A stretch of DNA of 64,000 bases from Paramecium tetraurelia (Eukaryota). Below, piece after piece: positions 1 to 13,284 of the stretch. Position 1 is the stretch's first letter. Each line of letters opens with the position of its first letter. The DNA lies in NCBI GenBank assembly GCA_000165425.1, contig CT868418.1, forward strand, positions 310,001 to 374,000, in the 5' to 3' direction. Position numbers and translations under genes: made by a program. Under the pieces are notes generated by a model, which worked only from the letters and a program-made list of their open reading frames with translations, did no database searches and had not been told where the DNA came from.

Positions 1-18
1 AAAATAATTTATATTAGA

Positions 19-652
19 TCAAAAAAATATAGTTTTTTTTGTTTGTTAAACACTATTGATAGGTGCAATATCCATAACACACTATTTAAACGATTTTTCA
101 AAATATTCATCAAATTTCCCTTTGCAAACTTCGCTCCTTTCCAGAGAAGTCTTTACTTCATCAATAAAACATTATTTGTCACTTTATTTACACTTCCCAG
201 ATATATTTAGTCCTCTAATCTTCATGCAAGATAACATTGAGCAATCATACCAATCTATTTTGGCTCTCAAATCATCATACAGAAAGGTTAGCTAATATAT
301 TTAATTTTATCTTTACATCGTATTTCATTATCTATTGAAAATGAGCATAATCTCTAATTTTATTATAACAAACTAAAATCTTCTTTTCTGCCTATCTATA
401 AAATGATATATCTGGATCACTCAAATCGCACAATTAAAATTAAACTATTTAATCTAGTTAAGATGTATGTTGATATTATCGAAATTGAGTTCTAAACAAT
501 CTATAATCTGGAGATTGCTCAAATTGTTCTAGATACTTTTTAGCATTTTTCTCCATTAATTACAAAGCATTTGAAATTGTTACTAGTCGTTTACGTTCAA
601 AGAGTACTTTGGATTTTTGTAGTGCTTCTTCTGAATCAATTTAACCACTCAT
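19..652 (-). CDS. ATP23: ATP23-like mitochondrial peptidase M76 homolog, catalytic motif degenerate
   Basis: Code-6 translation MSGQIDSEEALQK...ILVCYNKIRDYAHFQQIMKYD|LTFLYDDLRAKIDWYDCSMLSCMKIRGLNISGKC...TKKTIFF*. One 25-nt intron (292-316) gives 202 aa. Matches the ATP23 pattern IVLCQN...HELIHAFDHCRAxVDW...ACSEVRAANLSGDC. Confidence 0.75.
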
Positions 653-1408
653 TAATATTAACTATTAATTAAAGGTTATATAAAATAAAAAAATGTCTAG
701 AATTTGAACATAAATATTTCTAATGACATAGAGTTATAAATTGATATTAGTGTTGAATCTAATCCATCTAAAAATAGTTGATATTGTATTTATATTATTC
801 CCTTTCATATTTGTTTATTATCAACTAGAACTGATATGTATCCTGCTTTTATAATTATTATTCACAATTAGAAAATTACTCTATGAACTATTGAAATTAT
901 AAGAACAATTCTTCTTCGAACATATTTTCAGATTAAATTTGATAGTTTGTCAAATAATTTATGTAATTCCTTATATCTGCATACTCTAGTAAGTCTAGCG
1001 ACAAAGCTTGAACATTTAAATTGCATTTTCTTCTAATAGTTATTAATCTTTTGTTCACACCTATATTAATAAATATCTTTTGAAATTTATTTTATATCAT
1101 TATATGGTCATATTTTTTAAATTCAATAGCAACTTTATTTAATGATTTCTTAAGTTTTGGCCTGTTACCCATCAAATTGAATTCTGCAATTTCATTATCC
1201 TTAATTATAATTCAACTAATTAATTTAAAATAATTGATGGCATCAATTTCTTATTTAAAAATTAAAGTGTTGAAATTGAAATCCAAAAGATGATAATTAA
1301 AAGGAAAGAGGCTGAATATCAGATAATTAGGATTACTTTAAACCTTAAATTTGATAAGATCTTTAACAAATTGAAGAAGAATTCTTTATTACATAAAATT
1401 AATTAAAA

Positions 1409-2787
1409 TCAAGAATTGAACCATCTGTCTTACAAGATCTAGAATTTTATTTTGTTATTACTCTTAAAGTTGTTATCCTTTCGCTAGGCCTGATGGTTAA
1501 CATTTGTGAAATTAATTTTTGACACTAAGAGGACACATTAGCTTTAAGATAGACCCCCTTTTTAATTTATCCATATAGGTCAGCATCATTAGATCCTTTA
1601 AAGGGAAAGTGTCCTGTTAATAGAACATACAATAAAACTCCCAAGGCCCAGACATCAACAGGTTTACCAAAGTAATCCTATTTATTGACTAATTCTGGAG
1701 CCATGTAACTATTTTAAAATGAAGTATTATTACCTTGGCGTTCCACAAAATACTCCTAACTTGCAATCTCTATTAACTAATACTGAAAATCCAAAATCAA
1801 TCAATTTAATTTCATTATTATCTTTTAAAAGTATATTTTCAAGTTTAATATCCCTGTGTACTATATTCAAAGAATGACAATAATCCACTGCTTTTACAAT
1901 TTATCTAAATAGTAGTTTTGCATCTCCTTCATCAAGTCTTCTATTTGGAAATTACTAATATTAGACTTAGGTCAAATATACTTTCAAATATGATCGCAGA
2001 CTCTTAGAACCACCATATTCGACAACTAAATTAATATCCATTTATGTCTCTATAGTGTTGACATATTTAATGATATTTGGATGATCCAATAATTTAAGAA
2101 TATGGATTTCTCTCTTCAATTACTGCCTCCTTTGCTGATTACATAATTTAGCTTTGGAGTATATCTTAATTGCAATTAGCCTATAATTCATAAGGGAGTG
2201 TACTTTTCTGTAAATTTATCTCTAGCCAATTTAACAGTTGCATAGGAACCTTGTCCAAGAATACTTAAAATTAAGTATCTATCTAAATTAGAAATTTGTT
2301 GTTGAATCAAGGAAGTCGTATTTACTTGTTGTTGGGAGTTAGAGCGCTTAGCCCTATTTATATTACATCATGAAAATTAGTACTTTAAACCACCCAGTGG
2401 CTAGGTCTTAAATTTCTATTCACATTATTAAGGAATATCAGTATCTAAATGTGTGATGCTCGATTTCTTTATTAAACCATCTGTGAAGGTTTCTAATTAA
2501 TTTTTCGTTGATTAAAAGGTTATTCTTTAAGAACCCTGATTAGTCTTAAGTCTCTGATGATCTGATTTATTTTCTGGAGTAGCCACTGTAAAATATTAAT
2601 TTGTAAATTTCATGCCAGTTTTAGGTCGAGATCGTAGAGTTCTTTAAGTTGGTGTTAAAATAAGTTAAGGAATGGGATTGATAGTTGTTTATTAATACAA
2701 ATCTAAAATGGCTAACTCTTAAGTTGGCCTTCTGGTTGCAGTACTGCATCTAGTTGTAGGCCTCACTTTGAAACCACCTCCTTTCAT
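1409..2787 (-). CDS. Ser/Thr protein kinase, CAMK group (MARK/AMPK-like), with Ser/Thr/Arg-rich N-terminus
   Basis: MKGGGFKVRPTTR..., GQGSYATV, HRDIKLEN, IDFGFS, CGT|..YMAPE, DVWALG, ending ILQDRWFNS*. Several ~23-nt introns. Confidence 0.9.
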
Positions 2788-2821
2788 AACAATATTAATA
2801 TATAATTATATATTTGTTGAA

Positions 2822-3736
2822 TCATTTTTATTTAGCATAGTTATCCAACATAAATTCTGCAAAATGAATGCTGGCTGGATTGGTTTCATCATAGATTACA
2901 TCTTCTAAATATTGAGTTCCTTAATTAATGAGTTCTTCGGAATACACAAGTTCAGCATAATTTATCTTTAATATAGGCTTAGTTGGTAAGAGCCAATGAT
3001 ACCATGCTTAATCACCAAACACTTATTTAAAATTATTCATAAAGGATTGCTATCTACCAAATTTACCCTATCTTGATTCTACTACTGTTTAGTTATCTCT
3101 AATTGCTGAAATTTAATCCCACAGCATTTAGCTTACAAAAACAATAAAAAAGAAACTAAATAAAAGAATACTCAGAATTTAACATTTAGTAGTTGTTATT
3201 GTCATTAACATTGGTAAAATCTTTCGCTTTGATTTCATGCAATAATCATAAATTCCAATTGTATGAATGCTCAACGATGTTAAAATGTACAATAGTTGGT
3301 AAAGGAGAAATAGAACAAAGTATTTTTAATTCTAGGCTCCAATGCAGTTGTTTTCCCAATCACAATGATGATCCATTTTGAAAAAACACTTATTACATCT
3401 TTTACAATGATGTGCTCTAGGTGGCTTCCATGAATTGCATTTCTTACATTTTCGACCATACATCTCATGAACTAATTGCAATTTGATTGGCACACTTTTC
3501 TAATGAACTTCCCCAGGATCCGAAAAGGATGTTCTGAACTAACAGGTCGATAGTAATACCCAAAGACAAAAAGCAATTGCTCTCAAATAATATAGGATTG
3601 ATAATTATGAATTTTCATAAAATGATGTTGTATATAGTCCCCACACATTTAAAACATGCTTTAATACTAATAGTATACAACCAAAGTACGAGGATATCAC
3701 AGATTTTTACTTCTCTGTATTTTCTTCACTTTTCAT
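2822..3736 (-). CDS. DHHC-type protein S-palmitoyltransferase
   Basis: [41 protein letters not shown], transmembrane segments, C-terminal NFKQVFG...WLLPT. Confidence 0.93.
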
Positions 3737-4054
3737 ATTTTTATTATTGAGCAAAAAAATAATTAAAGAAAGTTGAATTGTGTGAAGTACTAAATATTCG
3801 GAAAAATGTATACATTTTTGTATAATGATAAAATTTTGTTTATGTGTTTAATTCGAATTGCAAATTTATTATACAATTTGCTCGCGTAGGACACATAGTT
3901 TGATTTTGGGATGAAATCAAGTCAGCCATGCACTCATCACAAGAGCTGGCATCCGACAGACGATCTCTCCCTAATAATTTTATACAGTACTAACTTATAA
4001 TTAGTTATTTATGAAAAAAATAAATTTATGGGATGATAATAAATAAATCTATAG

Positions 4055-5583
4055 ATGATTGATAAAGATCTCAATCCAAGGTAATCAAATTAATCTCTAA
4101 AAATAGTTGTGAATTTAAACATTGTCGGTCTTTCTTTTAATTGAATTATACTCAAATGAAATGGAATTCTACTTCTCTGCCCTTTGAATTTGCCTCCTAT
4201 CAACACAGAGACCTAGTAAGAATGAAGGAAGGTGACTCATTCAAAAACAGAGATTTAAGGGTTTATGACAATTTCCTAGTCTACGAAGATCAAGTAAGGT
4301 TTCAATACAAAATAGAATCGATCCTATTGGTTAGACTACGAAAATTGCATTATAGATTAAATACAAGATCAAAAGGGGATACGTCTCATTAAATGTTTCG
4401 ATTCAGTCGAATTTTATTGTGACACTCAGTAATGGTTCAAAATACTTAAAAGACATACAATTTAAAGTGATTTTCAAAAACATTATGCTTTGATTAAAAA
4501 AATAAGCAAGGGCAGATTTACAGAAGTATTTCATCTATATAACATTAACAGGTTTATAGAGCCAAATGCCATGCTGACGGAAATGATTATGCAGTCAAAA
4601 TATTGAAAAAGTAGTAAATCATAGATGAAGCTGATTTAATTGCTTTGTTCAAGGAAATCAAAGTATTGAGAATTGTATAAACAGATTTTTGTGTTAAATT
4701 CTATGAGATCTTTGAAAATACAGAAAATATCTATATAATAATGGAACTACTGATTGGAAAAGATTTAGATGGACATATAGAAAAAACATCATTTTTTTCA
4801 GAGGAAAAGACAGCTAAATTTATATTTAGATTGATAAAAACAATTTCATATTTACACTCTAAAGGCATCATGCATAGAGATATTAAACCTGAAAACATAA
4901 TATTTCGATAAATTGATAACATTGACAGTGCATGCCTAACAGATTTTGGGTTAGCTGACTTTTATCATAGTGATGGATTTTATTTGTTTAAAAGATGTGG
5001 AACTCCTGGTTATATTGCTCCAGAGATCTTAAGAAATGAGCACTATGATTATAAAGTAGATGTTTATAGTGTCGGCATCATTATGTATTATGTTCTAACA
5101 GGAAAGAATCCATTCGATCATCCAAATCCAAAATAAATTGTGTTAAATAATTAATTAGGCTAAATTAATTTACATGATTGTAAATTGAGTAATGCAGGAT
5201 TGGGATTTTTAACCTAATTGTTAAATGAAGATTAATATGAAAGACTATCATCTCATGAAGCACTTAATCATATATGGTTTCAGATTGAAAAAGTCTCAAA
5301 AATAAGATAATATATAATAAAAAAGAAAACAGAATCTAAAAAGAATTTATCTAACATTTTGTAACCAAAGCAGCGTTTAACTCAAAAGTATAAGGCAGCT
5401 AATCTAAGTCCAAATGGAAAGCTTACTCTAACTTAAATTTACTCGCCTTATCATAGTAGGTAGTTGTCATAAAAGGATCAATTTTCTTCTGATTTGTCAA
5501 ACAATTTTATGGTCACAAGTAGGTTGAGTTTAGAATTTACTTAAGGCAAAATTTAACCCCTTTTTATCTCAAAATTAAAATGA
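4055..5583 (+). CDS. Ser/Thr protein kinase (CAMK-like) with N-terminal PH-like region
   Basis: YAVK, HRDIKPEN, TDFGLA, CGTPGYIAPE, DVYSVG. Tiny introns near 4081 and 4294. Start codon inferred. Confidence 0.88.
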
Positions 5584-5607
5584 ATATTTACTTTTTATTT
5601 ATAATAT

Positions 5608-7041
5608 ATGATTCAATACTTATCTAAAATTGACAACTTTGGGGCCTAATTCAAACCCAGAATAACTCAATCAGAACATGAACATAAATCAATTATTGGA
5701 GGTGTTTTTACTTTGTTAGTGTATGGAGTGTGTTTGGCTTATTTTATTTTTGTATTGCAATAATGGTAAACCGGATAAATACTACCAAAAATTCTAATTG
5801 AGTCAGATGTTGCAGCCTTTTCAAAATTCAAGATGCCTAATGATTTGATTGCTATTTCATACATCCGATATGAGGATTCGCAAATTGATCCTTTCTAGCA
5901 ATAGGGTAACATTTTAATGCCAATTATGGCTATTATGGAAAACAACAAACCGATTTCCTATCAATCCATTCTGAGTAATAACGAAATTTCAGATTATGGA
6001 ACAAATTATATCGAGATGGAATAGATGGAATTAGTTAAAAATATGCACAATGATAAATCCTAAGAAAACAATAAAGTTTATCTTCTCTTAATAACAACTT
6101 GCAAAGAACAATACTTGAAATCCAATCAAACATGTGCCTCTGAGTATGAAATTACCAACTTTTTGAGAATGGGTTTGATTCCAATTGAAATTACTGTCAC
6201 ATTATAATAATTTAGCACAACTGATTAAAAATTATATGAAGTGGAAAAACGATTGCAATTTCTACTTTAAGACGACCTAACCTTGAAAGCAGATTTGTCA
6301 TTTTAAAATACAAAATCCGTTGTAGATGATCATCCTATATTTTCAAATTAAAAGCCCTTCATCTATTTTTCAGATTTCACAGTACTTACTCAAACAATAT
6401 CTTATAACCTCAGCAAATCTATCATTTAAGATGATGTTTTCATCTAAATCTCATTTTAAATTGATCCAATTGAAGTATTATAATAAATCACTTATGTGAA
6501 AATTGGAGAAATGTTGGCCGATGTAGGATCGATCGCAAACCTTCTTTTAACAGTGTCATGGTTTATACAACAATTTAATAAGGAAGAATTGGAGAACAAA
6601 ATGATTGATTAAATCATCAGTATTTATTATCCTTAATTTAAATCGATTATAAAGATAAAAAATGTTATTGGAAGAACAGTAGAATTTAGACATGAGAAGG
6701 TGAAAATAAATCAAAAAGAGTTTATATAATGGTACAAGAAAGTTAGATAAAATGCCATAATAAAATTATCAGTTGTAAATTAGATTCACGAAATTTCTAG
6801 ATTGTATTTCATTTTGAGATCATAGGCAAACTTTTAATCTATGATTCGTTTTTAAGATTATGGGATTCAGATGCCGAATAAATTATTTGAAAAACAAAAG
6901 GATGAAATAAATAATGAGTTGCCATCAAATGAATTTAAGGTAGATGATTACGATTTAGAGTCAGACTAAATAGTAACCAATAATTTGTGTGATGAAGATC
7001 TAAATATCCTGAGTTATAGAATAAAAAATGAAGATAAATGA
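5608..7041 (+). CDS. Ciliate two-transmembrane protein with large extracellular loop (477 aa)
   Basis: Intronless code-6 ORF of 1434 nt. DNFG..KSIIGGVFTLLVYGVCLAYFIF (TM1), IDPF, C..CAS, YVKIGEMLADVGSIANLLL (TM2), EISRLYF. Paralog at 26770-28213. Confidence 0.85.
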
Positions 7042-7927
7042 TTGTTATTTCTATATATAGAAGATTATAAATTTCATCATCATTTATATTTATCAATAAT
7101 TTAAAATTTATTATTAAATAGCTACTTTGTATAATAGTAGATACTATAGGATTATTTTGAATTCAATTCTATATCCAGGCAGACACAACCATTAGTAATA
7201 AAGAACCATACAGATCTTGCTAAATTAATTTCTATTGGTTATTAATTAATTGATAGAATAGTTAAAAGATTCTTACAGTAAATGAAACTATTTACATTTC
7301 GAAGCATTTAGTTTTGAATTATCAGTCCAAATTCATAAGCACCTCCAATAAGGCAAAAACAGAGTTAAAATAATTGCCGAAATGACAACAAAATATAAGG
7401 CTATGTTGTGGACTCAAACTTATCGAATTAATCTCGATATTCTTATAAGGATGAATTAATCAGAAGAAATATAATGAACAAGACCATATAAATTATTTTG
7501 TAATCCATAGCATTCTCTAGAATGTATTATATTCATAAATAAATGATTGAATCCATTTTCAAAACATTTAGAAAAGCTACAAATGATTTAAGAAAGATGA
7601 CACAGGAATCAAATCTAGGTTTAGATTATGCATTATAATATTTAAGAATATAAAAATATATTTTATATGTTTGATGAAAATTAGTGAATTTTATGAATCT
7701 AAATGAGTTTACAAAATGTGTATAAAAGCATTACAATGTAACCTAGTACCAAGGACCAAGTCAATAATTTTCAATTTAGGAAGAATTAATTATCTTTTAA
7801 AGATTATGGAATGAAGTTAGACTTATTTTACTCCCTGTTCCCCATATAGTTTAGTGACTAATCAGAAAACAAAATATTTGATCAATATAAAAGATATGAC
7901 GTCTGTATAAAAATGATTAATTAAATT

Positions 7928-8958
7928 ATGGATTCTCAAACAATATTCTCAAGATAGGTTACAATAGAGGATTGGAAACAAGATAAATTATCCTAATAAA
8001 TAGTTCTTATTCTTGGAGTAGGAGGTATTGGTTCTGTAGCAACCACTAACCTACTCAGATTAGGAGTTAAGAAAATCTTTCTAGTGGACTATGATCACGT
8101 CGAACTTCATAATCTAAATAGATAAATACTCTATTCAAAGTAAAATCAAGCATATCTATTATAGTAAAGATGTGAATCAATAGAAAGTCAAGGCTGCTTT
8201 TGAAAATGCCACCTTTCATAACGTAGGCAATGCTGAAATTTAAATGTTTGATTTAGATGCTGTTAAAAACTGGGATAAAATTGTAGAGCTGGCTTCATAA
8301 TCAACTGCAATTTTCAACTGTATTGATTATGGAGATTATTGGGATGCTGCAGTATAAAGTTTATGTCTTTATTACAAAATTCCAATGATTATAGCAGGAA
8401 GTTTTGCACAATCTTTCATGGCAGAACTATATCTTGGAACCCCTTGCTATGCATGCATGACGGATGGTCTTAAGGAAGAGTATTTGAATCAAATCACTCA
8501 AGAGAATATTACATAACTCAAAGACATTTCTTTCCTACCTGCAAATAATAAACCATAAGGTCAATCTCATCAAGTATTGTGTTCTACAGCTGGTAACTTT
8601 GCAACACAATTACTATTAAATTATCTAAACGAATAAGCTGATAGCCAAACAAGCAAGTAAGCTATTCTTTTTTGACAATTTTAGGAAAGTCTTGTTTTAT
8701 TTGACAACATTTGAAGTAGTTATATTTCCTGTATTTTCAAAAAATAACTGCCATATCTGTAAATATTAAGAACCTGCAAAAGAGTAGCAAATCTAAGCAA
8801 CAGAACCTGCAAAAGAATAATAAATATAGGCTACAGAACCTGAAAAAGAGAAATTGGTGTAGGTACCAGAACCTGAAAAAGAGCAATTAATATAAGCAAC
8901 AGAAACTGAGAAAGAGTAACAAGAATAAGCAACAGAATCTATTCAAAAACAAAATTGA
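7928..8958 (+). CDS. ThiF/MoeB/E1-like adenylyltransferase with repetitive C-terminal tail
   Basis: FSRQ, ILGVGGIGS, DYDHVELHNLNRQ, PCYAC and CHIC zinc pairs. Two tiny introns. Confidence 0.88.
8770..8940 (+). repeat. ~5 imperfect 33-nt tandem repeats (EP[A/E]KEQQIQAT)
   Basis: gaacctg[c/a]aaaaga recurs every 33 nt within the ThiF gene. Confidence 0.85.
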
Positions 8959-8992
8959 GAATATTTTAAATATTAATCAATTTTTATCATAA

Positions 8993-9581
8993 TCATTTAT
9001 CATTTGGTATTCCGGTGAAAAAAATCTTCACAATGTCTCCAATGTAGGCACCTTTCAAAAGCCAATCGTCATCTCCTAAGAAAAAGTATGTTTATAAATC
9101 CAGAACCACCTCTTCAAAATTTTTACCAATATAAATCCAGCCTCTTTTAATGAATCCCTTAGCTTATTGAATATATGAAGTTATATACCTTTTATCATGG
9201 CCACAACATTCATATAGGACTTAACTCCATCAATGGCAGTGTTTCCACAATTACTTGCTACTCCATCAAATATTTTGGCTAGTATTTGCACTCCTCTTAC
9301 AACAAGTTCTACGTTTTTAGATTTCAGATCTTCTATAGCCAACTTAAAATCGTTTTAGATTTCAGTCACTGTGCCTACACAATGTAATATGTCTGGCATT
9401 GCGTCCAACACTCCAACACCTATATATTCTCTAAATCTAAAATACCTGCAGCGTAGCCCATTAAGAAATCACTTAAATGACTACCGGTTAACTCCATCTC
9501 TTGAATCTCCTACTATGTTGATAAAAATGATTCTGATGCCAATCCTGTTGTCAAAAGAACTAATAGTAAAATGGCTTTCAT
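8993..9581 (-). CDS. Secreted helical protein of unknown function
   Basis: Signal peptide MKAILLLVLLTTGLA, DFLMGYAAG|VGV..., two Cys, tiny introns, ends FTGIPNDK*. Confidence 0.7.
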
Positions 9582-10142
9582 TAATTTTGTTTTTTATTTA
9601 ATAAAATGATTATCTTTTTTTGTTTGTCATTTTCTTGACACAACAAATAAGAATACGTCATTAAAATATGTCATCAAGTTATTTTAAATTCTTATACATT
9701 TTCTAAAGTATTCTAAAGTTCTGAGAATTATATTTTGAATAACCTAATCTTAACAAGTGTTTTTACAACCGCAATGATCGTTTTCAAAATAATAAATACT
9801 TCTATGGAATCTGAAGAAGATTTGAGATTAAGAATTTCAACAAAAAATAAAAACTTGTTATAAAAGGTTTCATATTTTTCTCTTGATTTTAAGGATATGA
9901 ATTGATAATAAATAATTTAATAACAATGATAAATTTGAATAATGAAAGTTTGTGCTTATTGTGAATAAATATTTTCCTTATTAATTTATTTATATAATGA
10001 TTTTTCTTTATAAACAATTTATGTTATATTTTAGGAATGGATTTTACAAATAAAAGATAAGTAGTTTGATTTAGAAACCAAAAATTTATTGTCTTAATAA
10101 ATGAATTTTTGATTTTCGATTGATAATTTTATTTTATTTTGT

Positions 10143-10889
10143 ATGAAATTAGCAAGATTATTTCGCTTTTCAACAGTTAAATTTCCATACAATTTTAAAG
10201 GAGTAAAACCTATACATGATGCCTCTATAGAAGATTATTTAAACACCATATTTGGTTCTAATTTGAGTGAAGGGTTTTTATTAGCTTACTAAAATTTGTT
10301 GGAAAGTTTAACATCTTCAGATTATGAAGAATTTATTCATGAAAATTGTGATAAAAATATTAGTAAGGCATTGATTGAAGGGATGAAACAAATGGAGAAG
10401 AGCGGACAAAAATTGAAATTAGCTTACAATGATAAATGCAAGACCAATGTGATGTATGGAAATTCAACATTGCATTTTTCTTGTGATCATAACTAGGATC
10501 TCTTAGATTAAAAGCCAGATTTTGTTTAGGGACAAGGTTCTAAAAAGGCAAAGATGTATAAGTCAGGAATAGATTTTAAGACAATGACAGTCCAAAGAGG
10601 AATCATCGAGATTGCAATCTATATCAGATCTCCTTTGTTTTTGTCTATAAGCGGTTAAGAAGTAAATTGATATGTAATAACTTAGAAATACGAGGAAGCC
10701 TATCATAGAGTCGATTTCAGAACGCATTCAATAAGCAAGTTTTCATTTATTGATGCAAAGATATTAACTGAATAGATCATGCAATTATAAAAAGAGAAAA
10801 GTGCACAGGCAGAAGCCCAGATCATAATCGATAGTCTTGGTAAAGATTTCACATGGAAAATTTTGAATATAGATGAGTATTTTAAATGA
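10143..10889 (+). CDS. Hypothetical, probably mitochondrial protein (possible Tim44/Mba1-like fold)
   Basis: MKLARLFRFSTVK resembles a presequence. Ends WKILNIDEYFK*. One apparent intron near 10660-10685. Fold call is speculative. Confidence 0.6.
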
Positions 10890-11111
10890 CAAGATTAATA
10901 ATAAAAATGCATTTATTAATATTCGATATTTATAATATAGAGTCTTTCACCCAAAATTTAATAAGTGTTTTATTCCAATTTAATTAAAAATATTGTGATA
11001 AAACTAAGGTGGAATGATAAATTAATGAGTTTTATTTGTTATTTTTGATCATTTATTTAAATCGTTGATTCAACTGGTTAAAATTTTATTAAATATATAA
11101 AGAAGAATTTG

Positions 11112-12845
11112 ATGAAGAAGAAATTGTATTAATGTGTACCCTAAGATTTAAAATGGAAAGAAGATAAAATGATCATTTAATCCTAATTTAAAAAAGAGAA
11201 TGATGAAATTTGCTATCTCTTAGGGTTCAATAATTATATCATAATTACGAAAGTAATGAAAGTTTTTCAACCATAGGATCTGTAGCAATAGCCAAAGAAA
11301 TACATACATCTAGATTTTGATATCAAGTTTGAAATTTTGAGGGAGAATCAGGTCAAATAAGGTGATGAGGATGATTCTTTGGGTTAAATTAAAGGAATAA
11401 GCCTAATTAAAGATCTTGGCAATGAAACAATAACTTATAAGAAGTACCTTGGAGGAGAGAAAATAATCAAGTAATGGCGGGAGTACTTGAGTAACAGGAT
11501 AAACTAATGGCAATTTCACCAAATGTTTAAAGTTTACAAAAAAATTGGGAAGGGTAATTTTGCATCAGTAATTTATATGAATTAACAGTTTATAGGTTTA
11601 TTTGGCATAGAAAATTGAGGATTAGAAGAAAATGGCAATTAAAGCATTTTCTAAGCAAGCAGCATATGCGGAGGAATAGGGCAAAGAAGCTATTGTAAAC
11701 GAGTTAAAGATAATGAGATAACTAAATCATGCGCATATAATGTAGATGCATGAGGTATATGAAACCTCAAATTCACTATATGTGGCGCTTGAATTGTTAG
11801 AAGGAGGCTCTTTGTATGATTTGATAAAAGAGAAGACATTACTGTCAACTACCTAGATTTAATAGATTATGGTGGGAGTGTTGTAAGGATTACATCACAT
11901 GCATTAAAAAAAGATCATGCATCGAGATCTAAAACTAGAAAACATTCTGTTTAAACAATAAAAGTAAAAATAAAATTGATTTAGATAAATGGATTCAGTT
12001 GTTATTGCTGATTTTGGATTGGCAACTAAGGTTGATGAACCTGTATATTTGTATTATAGATGCGGTACTCCTGGTTATGTTGCTCCTGAAGTTATAAACA
12101 TCAAGGATGTATAAGGACATTATAGTGAAGTTTGTGATATCTTCAGTCTTGGACTTGTGTTTTACTTATTGTTATCTGGGAAATAGGCATTTCCTGGTAA
12201 ATCTTATGGGACTGTTGTCAAATAAAATAGAGAAGCTGTAATTGATTTTAAGATTAAACAATTGCAATAAGCACCTAGTTAAGCTTTGGATCTAATGAAG
12301 AAGATGCTTGAGAGAGATCCAAATAAAAGAGTCTCTGCTACTGATTGTTTAAAGCATCCTTTCCTTGCTGAAATGAATAATCAAATGGCAGATGATTTTG
12401 TAAATGATTCATTCGATGAAATTGATGAAATTGGAGAAGTTGCTTTGAGAATGAATGCATTAAACGAAGAGTATCATAATTATTTAATATCTTTTTAGAA
12501 CCATCAAATTTGATGCTTTCAGACGAAATGCAATCCTAAATTCTCCGGGCTCACCAGGAATTTTAGACACAAAATAATTAAAGTAACAGAAAGTTATAGA
12601 CTCTTTAAATCAACTTTAAATGAACTCTCCTTTGCTTAATGGAAAAACTGATACTTTCGATAGTATACCCAATATTGGCACTCCCAAAAATAAGCAATGC
12701 TAAAATGGTTTTTAATAATCACCTATGATTAAACATTCGTAATTTAAAAAGTAATCTATTTATCAATTAATTTAGATCTATTCCATTATAGTAATAAAAT
12801 CAAGATAACCCATTATAAAAATACTCATAATAATAAAAAAATTGA
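11112..12845 (+). CDS. Ser/Thr protein kinase (CAMK-like)
   Basis: [43 protein letters not shown]. Multiple tiny introns. Start uncertain (could be near 11026). Confidence 0.87.
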
Positions 12846-12951
12846 TAAAAACTCAATATATTAAATTTTAAAATATAATAATATTTTTTATAACTCTGAT
12901 ATTTTATAACTATTTCTATTTCCATTTAAATTCATAAAATAAATAATTAAA

Positions 12952-13243
12952 ATGGGATGCCATTGTACAAAAACTAAGGAAATAAAACAATCTAAATAGT
13001 TGAAACACCCTAATTTAATAAAACTAAAACCAATCCTTTCGGATCAAAACACTTAATCTCCAATTACGACCGACTAGATGATAGATGATTTAGAGGATAT
13101 GAAACCACCAAAATTGTGTTATATAAGTAATACAAGTATAGGAGGGATAGGGAAACAAAAGCAGATCCATAGAGTAATAGGAGGAAAGAAGGAAATATTT
13201 TCCTATTTATATATTCGTCCCTATCAACCATATTAATAAAAGT
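12952..13243 (+). CDS. Small hypothetical protein with N-terminal acylation-like motif (MGCHC)
   Basis: MGCHCTKTKEIKQ... resembles a myristoylation/palmitoylation signal. Splicing and 3' end unresolved. Confidence 0.4.
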
Positions 13244-13284
13244 GATATTGTAATTAATAGTACTAAATTTTTCATTATATTTAA

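Noticed and set aside
7180..7674. Long code-6 frame with one internal TGA (7315-7317), possible pseudogene or readthrough
   Set aside because: With a single stop codon, ~100-codon open frames arise readily by chance, and no motif is recognisable.
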